Assembly: GCA_021783355.1 (NCBI GenBank)
Contig: JAJXTZ010000002.1
Span: forward strand, 1 to 45,785
Direction of reading: 5' to 3'
DNA from: a bacterium
GTDB lineage: Bacteria; Elusimicrobiota; Elusimicrobia; UBA1565; UBA9628
DNA length: 45,785 nt
Below, piece after piece: positions 29,512-38,598 of this stretch. The notes under the pieces are model-generated. The model did not search any database and was not told the DNA's origin. It saw only the letters and a list, made by a program, of their open reading frames with translations. A program made the translations under genes and the position numbers. The first letter of the stretch is position 1. The number at the start of each line of letters is the position of its first letter.

Positions 29512-30762
29512 TCAGGAAACGGCGGCGTCGATGCTCGGGCGGGACCGCTGGCTCTCGATGAGTCCGACCTTGTCGGTCAGCGCGAGCGCCACCACGGTGG
29601 CGATCAGCGTCGTGGGCAGCAGGCGCACGCCGGTCATGCCCGTCACCACGAGCATCGAGCCGAGCGGGGTCTTGGTGACGCCGGCGTTCGTCGCCGCCAT
29701 CAGCGCCGCCATCAGCACGATCTCGTTGGCTCCGGGAAGGAGCGCGTGGCCCAGGCGGCCGAGGCAGGCGCCGATGAAGAACAGCGGGATGATGAAGCCG
29801 CCTTTCCAGCCCGAGGAGACGGTCAAGGTCGTGCCGGCGAACTTGGCGGCCGCGGCGATCGCGAAGACGGCGGCGACTGAGGGGAGCGACAGGAGGCCTC
29901 CGAGCTGGCCTTCGCCGTAAGTCAGCGCGTAGGGCGACGCGAGGGCCAGCGCGCCCAGCCCGAGCCCTCCCAGGAGCGGCCGGGCCCACGGGGGCAGGCG
30001 CGCGAAAGCCGCCGCGAGGCCGCGCACCCCGGAGGTGAAGGCGGCGGCGACGAGAGCGGCGGCGGCGCCCGCGACCGCGGCCCAGGCGAGGTCGGCCGGG
30101 CGCAGGGGCGCCGCGGTCGGGAAGCGCCACACCGGCGCCAGTCCCAGCCCCGTCAGGACGGCGAAGGCGGCGTAGCCGCACAGGGAGCCGACCACGGCCG
30201 GCATCAGGGCCTCGTAGTACTCGAGGCCGCGCCGGTGCAGGAGCTCCAATGAGAAGAGGGAGGCCCCGAGCGGGGCGCCGAAGAGGACGGTGAAGCCGGC
30301 GGCCATGCCCGTGATGGTCAGGACGCGCCGGTCCGTCGCCCCTAGATCCAGCGCGTCGGCGAGACGGCTGCCGAGGGTGCCGGTCGTCTGGACCAGCGGC
30401 GCTTCCGGGCCCGCCCCGCCGCCGGACGCGATGCACAGCAGCGAGACCGGGATCAGCGAGAGCAGCTCGCGCGAGCCGCGAGCTCCGCCGCGGACGTGGA
30501 TGTTGTCGACCAGGACCTCGACCGAGCCCGACGCGCCGAGCCATCGTTCAAGGAGGCCGACCGCGGCCCCGGTCGCGGCGAGGATCCCGGCGACGGTCCA
30601 CGGCCGGGCGCTCCACGCCGCCGGACCGAGGCGGCCGCTCAGCGCGCGCAGGGCCCAGAGGTAGACCGCCCCGAGCGCCGCGCCGCAGACGCCCGTCAGG
30701 ACGATCGCGGCGGCCAGCCGGCCCCGCAGGACGGGAGAACGGGCTTCGCCGGGCTCGGTCAT
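29512..30762 (-). CDS. ClC-family chloride channel / H+-Cl- antiporter
   Basis: 416 aa, polytopic. GGGAGPEAPLVQ (GxEGP-type selectivity motif region), FGAPLGASLFSLE and a second-half repeat (GGFIIPLFFIGA). Confidence 0.85.
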   Translation of the reverse strand: MTEPGEARSPVLRGRLAAAIVLTGVCGAALGAVYLWALRALSGRLGPAAWSARPWTVAGILAATGAAVGLLERWLGASGSVEVLVDNIHVRGGARGSRELLSLIPVSLLCIASGGGAGPEAPLVQTTGTLGSRLADALDLGATDRRVLTITGMAAGFTVLFGAPLGASLFSLELLHRRGLEYYEALMPAVVGSLCGYAAFAVLTGLGLAPVWRFPTAAPLRPADLAWAAVAGAAAALVAAAFTSGVRGLAAAFARLPPWARPLLGGLGLGALALASPYALTYGEGQLGGLLSLPSVAAVFAIAAAAKFAGTTLTVSSGWKGGFIIPLFFIGACLGRLGHALLPGANEIVLMAALMAATNAGVTKTPLGSMLVVTGMTGVRLLPTTLIATVVALALTDKVGLIESQRSRPSIDAAVS

Positions 30763-30801
30763 GGAGCGAGGGTCCCCATGCCGGGATTCTACCTCTTTGG
30801 T

Positions 30802-32064
30802 CTAGCGGTAGTCGGGGTTCAGTCGCGCGAGGCTTTCTTCCAGGCGCGCCTGGAACCGCGGAGCCAGCACATCCGCGCAGACCGCGTAGCGGATCAGCGG
30901 TTCGGGAGCGCCGGCGGCGTCCCGCCCGGTGAAGTGGACGCCGACGATCCCGGTGTCCGCGATCACCGCGCGGTTGAAGGCCTCGGCGCGGCCCTCGGCC
31001 GGGAGCCTCGCGCCCAGCACGGACTCGGGGACCTTCCAGAGCGTGAAGAAGCCGGCCTCGGTCGCGCAGGCGGGCCGGAGCCCGGCGGCCTTCAGCCGCG
31101 GGATCAGATAAGCCAAGCGCTTCTCGTACAGCCCGCGGATCGCGTCCAGCGCGGCGCGGGCGGCGGCCTCGTCGGAGAGGAACTCGCCGTAGGCGGCCAT
31201 CACCGACGGGACCGGCCCCGAGTCCGCGTTGCCCTTGACCAGCGCGAAGTCCTCGACGAAATCCTTGGAGCCGGCCAGCGCCCCGAGGCGCGCGCCCGGG
31301 TCGTTGAAGGATTTGGACACCGAGTAGAGCTCCAGCCACTCGAGGTCCGGGTAGTCCTTGGCGACGCGGGCGAGGGGGACGCTGGTCCCCGCCGCGGCCA
31401 GCCCCGCGTAAGCCGCGTCGTTGACCAGGCGCATGCCCTTCTCCAGGCAGAACGCGATCAGCTCGCGCCAGTCGGCCTCCGACGCGCCGACGGCGGCCGG
31501 ATTGCCGGGGCGGATCACGTACACCAGGTCGGCGCGGTCGGCCCCGTCGGCTTTGAGCGCCTCCTTCAGGCGCGGCACGCTCAAGCGCATGTTGTCGGCC
31601 GAGACCAGCGGCCACACCGTGCGCTCGGCTCCGTAATACGAGGAAGACCAGGTGCCGATCACGTCGTAGGCGGGGAGGTTCGACGCGACGCGGAAGCTCC
31701 GGCGCCGCGCGGCGCCGGGCAGGTGCAGGCCGCAGGCGAGCGGCACCAGCGCGCCGGCGGTCTTGATCCCGGCGATCGGCAGGACGCGCAGACGAGGGTG
31801 CGCGCGCGCGTCGATCCCGCCGTGCAGGCGGACCATCGCGCCGGCGAAGCCCTGCAGGTCCTTGTCCTCGGCGTAGGTGTGGTGCTCGTAGCCGGGGTCG
31901 GCGGCGTACTTCGCCTGCAGGCGGAGGAGCGCCTCCGGGGGGACGCCGTCGGGATTGCCGAGCGAGAGGTTCAGCGGGTCCTCTCCGGTGCGCTCCTTGT
32001 ACTCGCGCAGGAGCACGTAGATCAGCTGGAAGAGGTTGATCCCGGAGGCGGGGATGCGCCGCAT
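30802..32064 (-). CDS. class I/II PLP-dependent aminotransferase
   Basis: 420 aa: LSLGNPDG, NPGNP-like IRPGNPAA, LVNDAAYAG, and YSVSKSFNDPGARLG carrying the Schiff-base Lys. Substrate not inferable. Confidence 0.8.
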   Translation of the reverse strand: MRRIPASGINLFQLIYVLLREYKERTGEDPLNLSLGNPDGVPPEALLRLQAKYAADPGYEHHTYAEDKDLQGFAGAMVRLHGGIDARAHPRLRVLPIAGIKTAGALVPLACGLHLPGAARRRSFRVASNLPAYDVIGTWSSSYYGAERTVWPLVSADNMRLSVPRLKEALKADGADRADLVYVIRPGNPAAVGASEADWRELIAFCLEKGMRLVNDAAYAGLAAAGTSVPLARVAKDYPDLEWLELYSVSKSFNDPGARLGALAGSKDFVEDFALVKGNADSGPVPSVMAAYGEFLSDEAAARAALDAIRGLYEKRLAYLIPRLKAAGLRPACATEAGFFTLWKVPESVLGARLPAEGRAEAFNRAVIADTGIVGVHFTGRDAAGAPEPLIRYAVCADVLAPRFQARLEESLARLNPDYR

Positions 32065-32084
32065 GCGGGACAGGATAGCGTTTT

Positions 32085-33290
32085 TCAGTAGCTGAACGAC
32101 ACGCCGAGCAGGTAGCTCTGCAGGGTGTAGTTCGTGCGGAAGAAGAGCTCGTACTTCTGGTTGGAGGACGCGGTCGCGATGTTGGCGGTGGCGAGCACCT
32201 TCCAGTGCTCGTTGACGGGCACGGCGAGGTCGAAGGTGAAGTTGTCCTGGTTCAGATGCTCCGCGTCGCTCGTGTAGGCGCCGGAGACGTCCTGCGCGGG
32301 GCGCGACAGGTAGCGGCGGTAGACGTTCAAGTACGAGAACGACATCTCCACGCGCCGCGGGCCCAGGATGGCGGTCGCGCGCGGGCCGATGCGGCGTTCC
32401 TCATACGCGTAATAGTCCGGGTTGAACACGCTCAGCGACGCGTCGTAATGGTTCTGATTGGAGGTCACGCGCGTCCAGCCGCCCTCCAGGCTCAGGAAGA
32501 TCCCGGCGTTCTCCGTCAGGCGCCGGCCCCAGAACAGCTTGCCGTCCACGGACACGGCGTCGTCGCGGCGGGTGTCCGGGGTCAGGTCGCCCGAGGCGGC
32601 GACGAGGTGCTGCTGGCCGTACGAGCGGGCGGTCCAGTTCGCCGAGAGCTTGGCCTTGACCTCCGGGACCGGCGTCGGCGCGCTGCCGGACAGGGTCCAG
32701 GAGAGGTTGTCCGAGTCGAGCGTGCGCGCCTGCGCCTGCTCGCGGCCGAGGCCCTGGCCGACGACGGCGGATTCCAGCGACGAGTAGTTCGGGAACAGGA
32801 TCTTGTACCAGTCGAAGGAGGCGGAGGCGACGCGCCCGCCGCCGAAGTCGTACTCGGCGTCCAGTCCCGCGGACGGCTTGCGGTAGTCGAAGAGGCCGCC
32901 GCCCCAGGACTCGTCGCGGGTCTCGCGCAGGAGCTCCCAGCGGTAGCCGGCCTTGGGCTTGAGCTTGAGCGGGCCGTTCTTCCAGATCCCTTTGACGAGG
33001 AGGGCGTGGCTCATCGAGTCCTGGAAGAGCTGGCCGCCGCTGCCCAGGTCCGTGACGGACTTGGTGCCGCGGTAGTCGAACGCGTAGGTCGGGATGACCC
33101 CCCAGTGCTCGTTGAGCTTGGCGGCGGGGGTCGCCTGCAGGCTGGCGTTCCCCTGCCACGACGAGGCCGATCCGTTCTCGTAGAGCTGGCCGAGCTGGAG
33201 CGCGGAGTCGAAGACCGGCACCCACTCGACGGCGCGGGCCGGGGCCGCCGCGAAGAGCGCGGCCGCGAGCGTCAGGAGGAGGAGCCTCAT
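32085..33290 (-). CDS. hypothetical outer-membrane beta-barrel protein
   Basis: 401 aa from ATG 33290 (ATGA overlap with the upstream gene). Signal peptide MRLLLLTLAAALFAAAPARA, alternating hydrophobic/polar strands throughout, and a C-terminal YLLGVSFSY ending in an aromatic residue. Confidence 0.65.
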   Translation of the reverse strand: MRLLLLTLAAALFAAAPARAVEWVPVFDSALQLGQLYENGSASSWQGNASLQATPAAKLNEHWGVIPTYAFDYRGTKSVTDLGSGGQLFQDSMSHALLVKGIWKNGPLKLKPKAGYRWELLRETRDESWGGGLFDYRKPSAGLDAEYDFGGGRVASASFDWYKILFPNYSSLESAVVGQGLGREQAQARTLDSDNLSWTLSGSAPTPVPEVKAKLSANWTARSYGQQHLVAASGDLTPDTRRDDAVSVDGKLFWGRRLTENAGIFLSLEGGWTRVTSNQNHYDASLSVFNPDYYAYEERRIGPRATAILGPRRVEMSFSYLNVYRRYLSRPAQDVSGAYTSDAEHLNQDNFTFDLAVPVNEHWKVLATANIATASSNQKYELFFRTNYTLQSYLLGVSFSY

Positions 33291-34213
33291 CTCTCGCGGG
33301 GTCCTTGGTCCTCGCCGGGGCCGCCGAAGCGCCAGGTCAGCGCGAAGAGATGCTGGTCGCCGACGTCGGCGCCCGGCCCGAACGCGTAGTCGATGGAGAC
33401 GCCGCGGTAATCGACCCCGAGCCCGGTCTTGAGCCCCGCGAAGCGCCCGGCGTCGGGCGTCTTCGTGTTGAGCCCGCCGCGGAAAGACACCGAGACGTCC
33501 TGCGAGGCGCGCAGGCGGTACTCGGCCCCGATCGCGGCGTAGGTCGGCGCGTGCAGGGGGCCGACCAGGTCCAGGCCCAGGGTCACGGCGTCGCCCAGGC
33601 GCCAGGCCGCGCCGCCGTCCAGGCGGGCGGGCATCGGGTCGGAGACGGAGTCGAACTTGAGCCCGCCGCCGAGGTTGTCGCCGGCGAGGGCGAGGGTCCA
33701 TTCCTCGTCCAGGCGCCAGCGCCCGCCGAAGTCGAAGGTCTGCGAGCGCGCGGTCGAGACGATCTTGGACTGCACGTAGCGGCCCGCGGCGGCCAGCTCC
33801 ACCGGCCCCATCACGGTGCCGTAGACCAGGGAGTAGGCGTCGGCCGTCGGCGAGAAGTCGCCGATGGGGTTGCCCGCGTCGTCGCGCCCGTTGAGCGCGC
33901 CGTATCCGACGTGCAGGAGGCTCAGCGCGAAGTGGTGGACGCCGCGCGTCAGGCCCCAGGCCGCGTAGTCGGAGCCGACGCCGTTGCCGAGGAGCGTGTG
34001 CGTGAAGTACGCCTCCTGGGCGCGGACGTCGTGGACGGCCGCGGGATTGACCGTCACGCCGCGCACGCCGGAGGCCGTCGCCGCCCCGGCCTCTCCCATG
34101 CCGAGGGAGCGCACGTCCTGGATCTGGTTCAGGAAGTCCGCGCCCGCGAGGCTCCCGGCCCGGGCCGGGAAGGCCGGGAGGACGAGGAGTCCGGCGAGCA
34201 GGAGACGCTTCAT
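33287..34213 (-). CDS. PorV/PorQ-like outer-membrane beta-barrel protein
   Basis: 308 aa with a signal peptide. The N-terminal GADFLNQIQDVRSLGMGEAGAATASGVRGVTVNPAAV matches the FL.i...aR..gMGgA..A......NPA signature of the PorV/PorQ family. ATGA overlap with the upstream cargo gene. Confidence 0.65.
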   Translation of the reverse strand: MKRLLLAGLLVLPAFPARAGSLAGADFLNQIQDVRSLGMGEAGAATASGVRGVTVNPAAVHDVRAQEAYFTHTLLGNGVGSDYAAWGLTRGVHHFALSLLHVGYGALNGRDDAGNPIGDFSPTADAYSLVYGTVMGPVELAAAGRYVQSKIVSTARSQTFDFGGRWRLDEEWTLALAGDNLGGGLKFDSVSDPMPARLDGGAAWRLGDAVTLGLDLVGPLHAPTYAAIGAEYRLRASQDVSVSFRGGLNTKTPDAGRFAGLKTGLGVDYRGVSIDYAFGPGADVGDQHLFALTWRFGGPGEDQGPRER

Positions 34214-37200
34214 CGCTGCACCGCGAACTTGATCGTGCGCCGCGCGCCGCCGGACGGGTCGGAGACGACGGCGAGATAGACGCCGCTGGGGAGCGCCCGG
34301 CCCTCCTTGTCGTCGCCGTTCCAGCCCAGGATCTGGCCGGTGGAGTCGGCGTCCAATTCCTTGAGGAGGCGGCCGGAGACGGTGAACACCTTCACGTGCG
34401 CGCCGGCGGTCAGGCCGGCGAACTTGATCCGCGTGTGGCCGAGCGACGGCCGGAACGGGTTCGGGTACACGAAGGCCTGCGAGAGCGTGCCCGCGGCCGG
34501 GGTGATCGAGACCACCTGGAACACCGAGAAATGGTCCGTGGTCCCGGTGACGGAGCGGGCCGCGACGTCGGACTGCGAGTCGAGCAGGCGCCAGCCGGTG
34601 TCCGGGTCGTAGCGCGCCAGGCGCAGGTGGTCCGGGTCGAAGGAGGAGACCTGCGACGCCGTGTAGCCGATCGAGACGCCGACGGGGACGGCGGGCTGGA
34701 TCCCGCCGGTGTTGATCGAGATCGCGATGCCGGTGGGCGAGAGCCCGGGCAGGGGGGGCAGCGACGCCAGGCTCGAGGCCGACATCGAGACCGCGGTCAG
34801 CGTCGTGGCCGTCCCGAACGCGCCGAACGGGACGCTGACGGTGGCCGTCGCGCCGCCGGAGAGCGGCGTCACCACCGTGGCGCTGGAGCCCGCGCTCAGC
34901 GTCGCGTACGGCGGCGCCCCGACCGCGTAGATGCCGTCCGGGTCGTAGACCTGGCCGACGACGACGCTCGAGGACAGGTTCACGAGGTTGTCGCCGTCGA
35001 GGAGCATCTCGAAGACGGAGGTCTGCTGGTTCAGCTTGAAGACGCGCAGGACCGACAGCGGGACGAGCAGGCTCTGCCCGCGCAGGGAGCCGACGGTGAC
35101 GCTGGAGCCGGCCGCGGTGAACGGCATGGAGACGGACAGGAGCTCGCGCCCCTTGCCGGCGGCGGTGTTCGGGTCCGAGTCGCGCACGGCCGCGACCTTG
35201 AGGATGTCGGTCGACACGAAGGTGTTCGGCGCCGCGGCGAAGGCCGCGGTCGCCAGCGCCAGGTCGGCGGCCGAGAGCTCGGAGCGCCCCTGCAGGGTCA
35301 TGCGCACCGGGAAGGCCCAGGTGTTGGCCGGGCAGTCGACGCGCAGGCTGGGGTCGCCGGCGTTGACGATGGTCCCGCCGGCGGTGGTGAGGAGCACGGC
35401 GCTGTAGATGGTCGTGTCCGTGGTCAGCCCGCCGGTCTGGGCGCGCACGACCTCCGCCATGGCCGAGGCGGTGTTCGTGGACCCGAAGAAGGACTGCGCC
35501 GTCCCGGCGGCCCCGGTGACGGCCTGCGTGGACGAGACGCCGTCGGCGGCCGGGAGCGACCCGCTGACGAGGCCGAGGCTCACCACGCCGGAGCCGGAGA
35601 TCACCGAGAAGGTCACGGTGGACCCCGCGATGGGGTTCGAGTAGGCGTCCAGGGCCGTGGCGGTCAGCACCGACGGGACCGAGGCGACGATCGACTGGGG
35701 GTTGGCCGCCACGGCCAGGCTCGACGGCGCCCCGGCGACGATCGTCATCGACGACGACACCGAGGTCACGCCGACGCCGGAATCGGACACCTTGAAGCGG
35801 ATGCCTTGCGCCTTCGTGTAGCTCTGGAACGAGGAGGAGCCCGAGCCGGCCGCCAGGGTGAGGCCGGTCACGCCCAAGGTCCCGCCGCCCGCCGCCGAGG
35901 GGGTCGAGGCGTCGACGGCCGAGATCGAGACGGTCCCGTCGTAGCCGAGCACCTGGCTCCCCCCGCCGTCCTGGGCCTGGACGACGAACTGGAACTGGGA
36001 GCCGGCCTGCGCGGCCGTCGGGACGGTGACGACGAACTGCGTCGGTCCCGAGAAGACGACCGGGGACGAGAGGCCGGTCCGGCCGTCGTCGTCGGTCACC
36101 CGGAACTGGACGGACTCGATCTTGTTGTAGGTCTGCGAGGCGGTGTACGAGTAGGTCGTCCCGGCCGTCAGGGTCAGCGTCGTCACGCCGGCGGAGCCGG
36201 AGCCGGCGATCGAGGTGCCCGACAGGAAGGCCTGCACGTTCAGCGTCCGCGGCAGCGAATAGCTGACCGGGGCGCTGGAGGCGTCGAGGGCGTCCGCCTC
36301 GAACGAGAACGAGCGCCCGACCGTCACCTGCGTGGGCACGGAGATCGAGTAGTGGTCGATGGTCAGCGCGGGCGTGGTGACCGTCATCGTGCTCGACACG
36401 CTCTGGATGCCGAGCGACGAGTCGACGACCTTGAGCGCGATGCCGCCGCCGGCGCTGAACGACTCGTTGTTGATCGTGACCGACCCGGTCGGCGGCATGT
36501 TGACGCTGGCGACCGACAGCGAGCCCGTGGCCGCCGTGTTCGTGCTGTTCCAGACGACCGCCGACAAGGACAGCGTCGCCGAGTAGCCGGCGACCTGCGT
36601 GCTGCCGCTGACGGCGGTGATCGTGACCGGGAAGGACTGCCCGGCGGGGATGCCGGTGGGGATCGTGACGACGAAGCCGTCGGGCCCCGTGACGACGACG
36701 GTCGTGGACAGGCCCACCGCGGTCCCCGGCGACTGCTGGGCCGCCTTGATCTGGATGGATTCGATCTTGTTGTAGGTCTGGCTCGTGATGGTCCCGGTGC
36801 CGTTCGAGATGCCGACCGAGGTCTGCCCGAGGGAGCCGCTGCCCGCCACCAAGGTCCCGTTCAGGTACGGCGAGAGGTTCACCGTGACCGGCCCGCTGGT
36901 CCCCGGGAAGCTGGGCAGCCCGTGGTCGTAGGCGTTGCGCGCGTAGACCGACATCGCGAACGGCACGCCGATCGGCGTCGTCGTCGGGACGACGACGCTC
37001 AAATGGTCGATCGCTTCGCCTTCCATGAAGACGTTGTTGTCCACCGGCGCGAAGTCCAGGGAGGTCGCCCGCACGGTGACGGTCGCCTGCTGGACCGAGG
37101 AGTTCAAGGACGACGAGGTGAAGCTGACCGAGAAGTGGCCGCTGCCGTCGGTGGTGCCGGTCGAGAGAGCCGGCGCCATCGAGCTGCCCAGGACCTCGAA

Positions 37201-38598
37201 TTGGACGGGAATGTCCGGCACCGGGTTGCTCGTGGCGTCGAGGACCGTCGCCGTGAAGGTCACGCTGCTGCCCGGAACCAGAACGAACGAGGAGACGGAA
37301 ACCGAGAACTGGCTCGCCGCAGAGCTGGAGAACGCGACGATCCTATAGCCGTCGGAATAGTAGAGGTCGTTGCCGGCGGGGACGACCACGCCCAGGCTCA
37401 TGCTCTGCGGCAGCGGGAGCGCCCATTTTTTCGCCCCGGTCCCGGTGTCGACGGCGACGAGATATGTCTCCGGGGTTCCTGGATTCGACGAGGTGCCCGA
37501 CGGGGGATAGACATTGTCGAAGGCGAAGAACGCCGTGCTCCCGCCGATGCTGACCGGGCCGGCGGAGGGGGCGTACGCGCCCGCCATGACGCCGCCGCAG
37601 CCGAAAGGGGTCCCGGTCAGGACGACTCCGGTCGTGGAGGCGCACAGATCGAAATTCCAGACGACGGCGCCGGAGGTCGCGTCGAAAGCCGTGACGGTCG
37701 AGCCGTGATGCGTGAACACGAGATTGCCGGTCGCGGCGGGGGGGGTGTCGCCGGCGGCGCCCAAGGCGGTCCAGAGCAGGGAGCCGGCCGGGCTGAAGGC
37801 CTTGAGGTCGCTCCCGGTATTGAAGTAGAGCGCTCCGGACGCCCCGACGCTCACGCTGCCATTGAGACCAGAACCGCCGACCGACCAGCCGGGAGTCCCG
37901 TCGGCAGCGGCGTAGGAGTAGAGGGTTTCGGAGCCGCTATTCGTGGGCGCGTAGACTGTGGCTCCGTCCGGAGACAAGGCTCCCGCCAAGAACGGCGAAC
38001 CCTGAACGGCGAACCAGCGCCGCGTGCCGGTCGATGGGATCGCCGTGTAGCAGGAGATCACGGATCCGCCGCCGCTCTCGGCCGAACCGTAGTATTGCGT
38101 CCCGTCCGGACCGACGGTCGGCGACGCCGCCAGGCCATAATAGCCGCAAGTCTGGTTGGACCAGTTGACGCTCCCCACGCTCGTGCTTAACGAGACCGCG
38201 ATGGTTTGACTCGAAAGCGAGGCGGTGGAGGACACATAGACCTGGCCGTCGTCCGACACGGCGGGTTGGGAAGCGCTGATAAGTCCCAGAGGGAAGGTCC
38301 ATTTCGTCGTGCCGTCCGGGTTGAGGGCGACGACCTGATAATTGTTGCCCGAGGCGACCGACGGGACGTAGAGCGCGCCGTCCGGGCCGATGGAAACGCT
38401 GTAGCCGGAAGAGAGATTGGAGACGCCGATCGTCTTGAAGAACTGGAGTTGGGGCTTGGCGGGCGCGGAGTAGGTCGTCGAGCTCGTGTGCTGGGCGTTG
38501 CCCAGGTACATCGGCCACGGGCTCTGGGCGGGGCCGGCGGCGCGCGCGGCGGAGGCGGCGGCCGGGACGAGCAGGGCGGCGAGGAGGAGGCGCCTCAC
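34210..38598 (-). CDS. large secreted beta-propeller + Ig-like repeat protein with T9SS-type C-terminal sorting domain
   Basis: 1462 aa from GTG 38598 (GTGA overlap with the FecR-like gene). Signal peptide RRLLLAALLVPAAASAARA. PQQ/BamB-like repeats (GPDGALYVPS, SDDGQVYVSS, GPDGTQYYGS, SPDGATVYAPT, GASGALYFNT). Big-like Ig domains with an internal tandem duplication. The C-terminus (VYPNPFRPSLGHTRIKFAGLTAGAHVKVFTVSGRLLKEL...WNGDDKEGRALPSGVYLAVV) matches the Por-secretion-tail / FlgD-Ig pattern. Confidence 0.8.
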   Translation of the reverse strand: MRRLLLAALLVPAAASAARAAGPAQSPWPMYLGNAQHTSSTTYSAPAKPQLQFFKTIGVSNLSSGYSVSIGPDGALYVPSVASGNNYQVVALNPDGTTKWTFPLGLISASQPAVSDDGQVYVSSTASLSSQTIAVSLSTSVGSVNWSNQTCGYYGLAASPTVGPDGTQYYGSAESGGGSVISCYTAIPSTGTRRWFAVQGSPFLAGALSPDGATVYAPTNSGSETLYSYAAADGTPGWSVGGSGLNGSVSVGASGALYFNTGSDLKAFSPAGSLLWTALGAAGDTPPAATGNLVFTHHGSTVTAFDATSGAVVWNFDLCASTTGVVLTGTPFGCGGVMAGAYAPSAGPVSIGGSTAFFAFDNVYPPSGTSSNPGTPETYLVAVDTGTGAKKWALPLPQSMSLGVVVPAGNDLYYSDGYRIVAFSSSAASQFSVSVSSFVLVPGSSVTFTATVLDATSNPVPDIPVQFEVLGSSMAPALSTGTTDGSGHFSVSFTSSSLNSSVQQATVTVRATSLDFAPVDNNVFMEGEAIDHLSVVVPTTTPIGVPFAMSVYARNAYDHGLPSFPGTSGPVTVNLSPYLNGTLVAGSGSLGQTSVGISNGTGTITSQTYNKIESIQIKAAQQSPGTAVGLSTTVVVTGPDGFVVTIPTGIPAGQSFPVTITAVSGSTQVAGYSATLSLSAVVWNSTNTAATGSLSVASVNMPPTGSVTINNESFSAGGGIALKVVDSSLGIQSVSSTMTVTTPALTIDHYSISVPTQVTVGRSFSFEADALDASSAPVSYSLPRTLNVQAFLSGTSIAGSGSAGVTTLTLTAGTTYSYTASQTYNKIESVQFRVTDDDGRTGLSSPVVFSGPTQFVVTVPTAAQAGSQFQFVVQAQDGGGSQVLGYDGTVSISAVDASTPSAAGGGTLGVTGLTLAAGSGSSSFQSYTKAQGIRFKVSDSGVGVTSVSSSMTIVAGAPSSLAVAANPQSIVASVPSVLTATALDAYSNPIAGSTVTFSVISGSGVVSLGLVSGSLPAADGVSSTQAVTGAAGTAQSFFGSTNTASAMAEVVRAQTGGLTTDTTIYSAVLLTTAGGTIVNAGDPSLRVDCPANTWAFPVRMTLQGRSELSAADLALATAAFAAAPNTFVSTDILKVAAVRDSDPNTAAGKGRELLSVSMPFTAAGSSVTVGSLRGQSLLVPLSVLRVFKLNQQTSVFEMLLDGDNLVNLSSSVVVGQVYDPDGIYAVGAPPYATLSAGSSATVVTPLSGGATATVSVPFGAFGTATTLTAVSMSASSLASLPPLPGLSPTGIAISINTGGIQPAVPVGVSIGYTASQVSSFDPDHLRLARYDPDTGWRLLDSQSDVAARSVTGTTDHFSVFQVVSITPAAGTLSQAFVYPNPFRPSLGHTRIKFAGLTAGAHVKVFTVSGRLLKELDADSTGQILGWNGDDKEGRALPSGVYLAVVSDPSGGARRTIKFAVQR

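Noticed and set aside
34396-38190. 1264-aa plus-strand ORF opposite the giant cargo gene
   Set aside because: Extremely Arg/Gly/Asp-rich with no signal or domain pattern. The minus-strand frame has coherent propeller, Ig and CTD domains.
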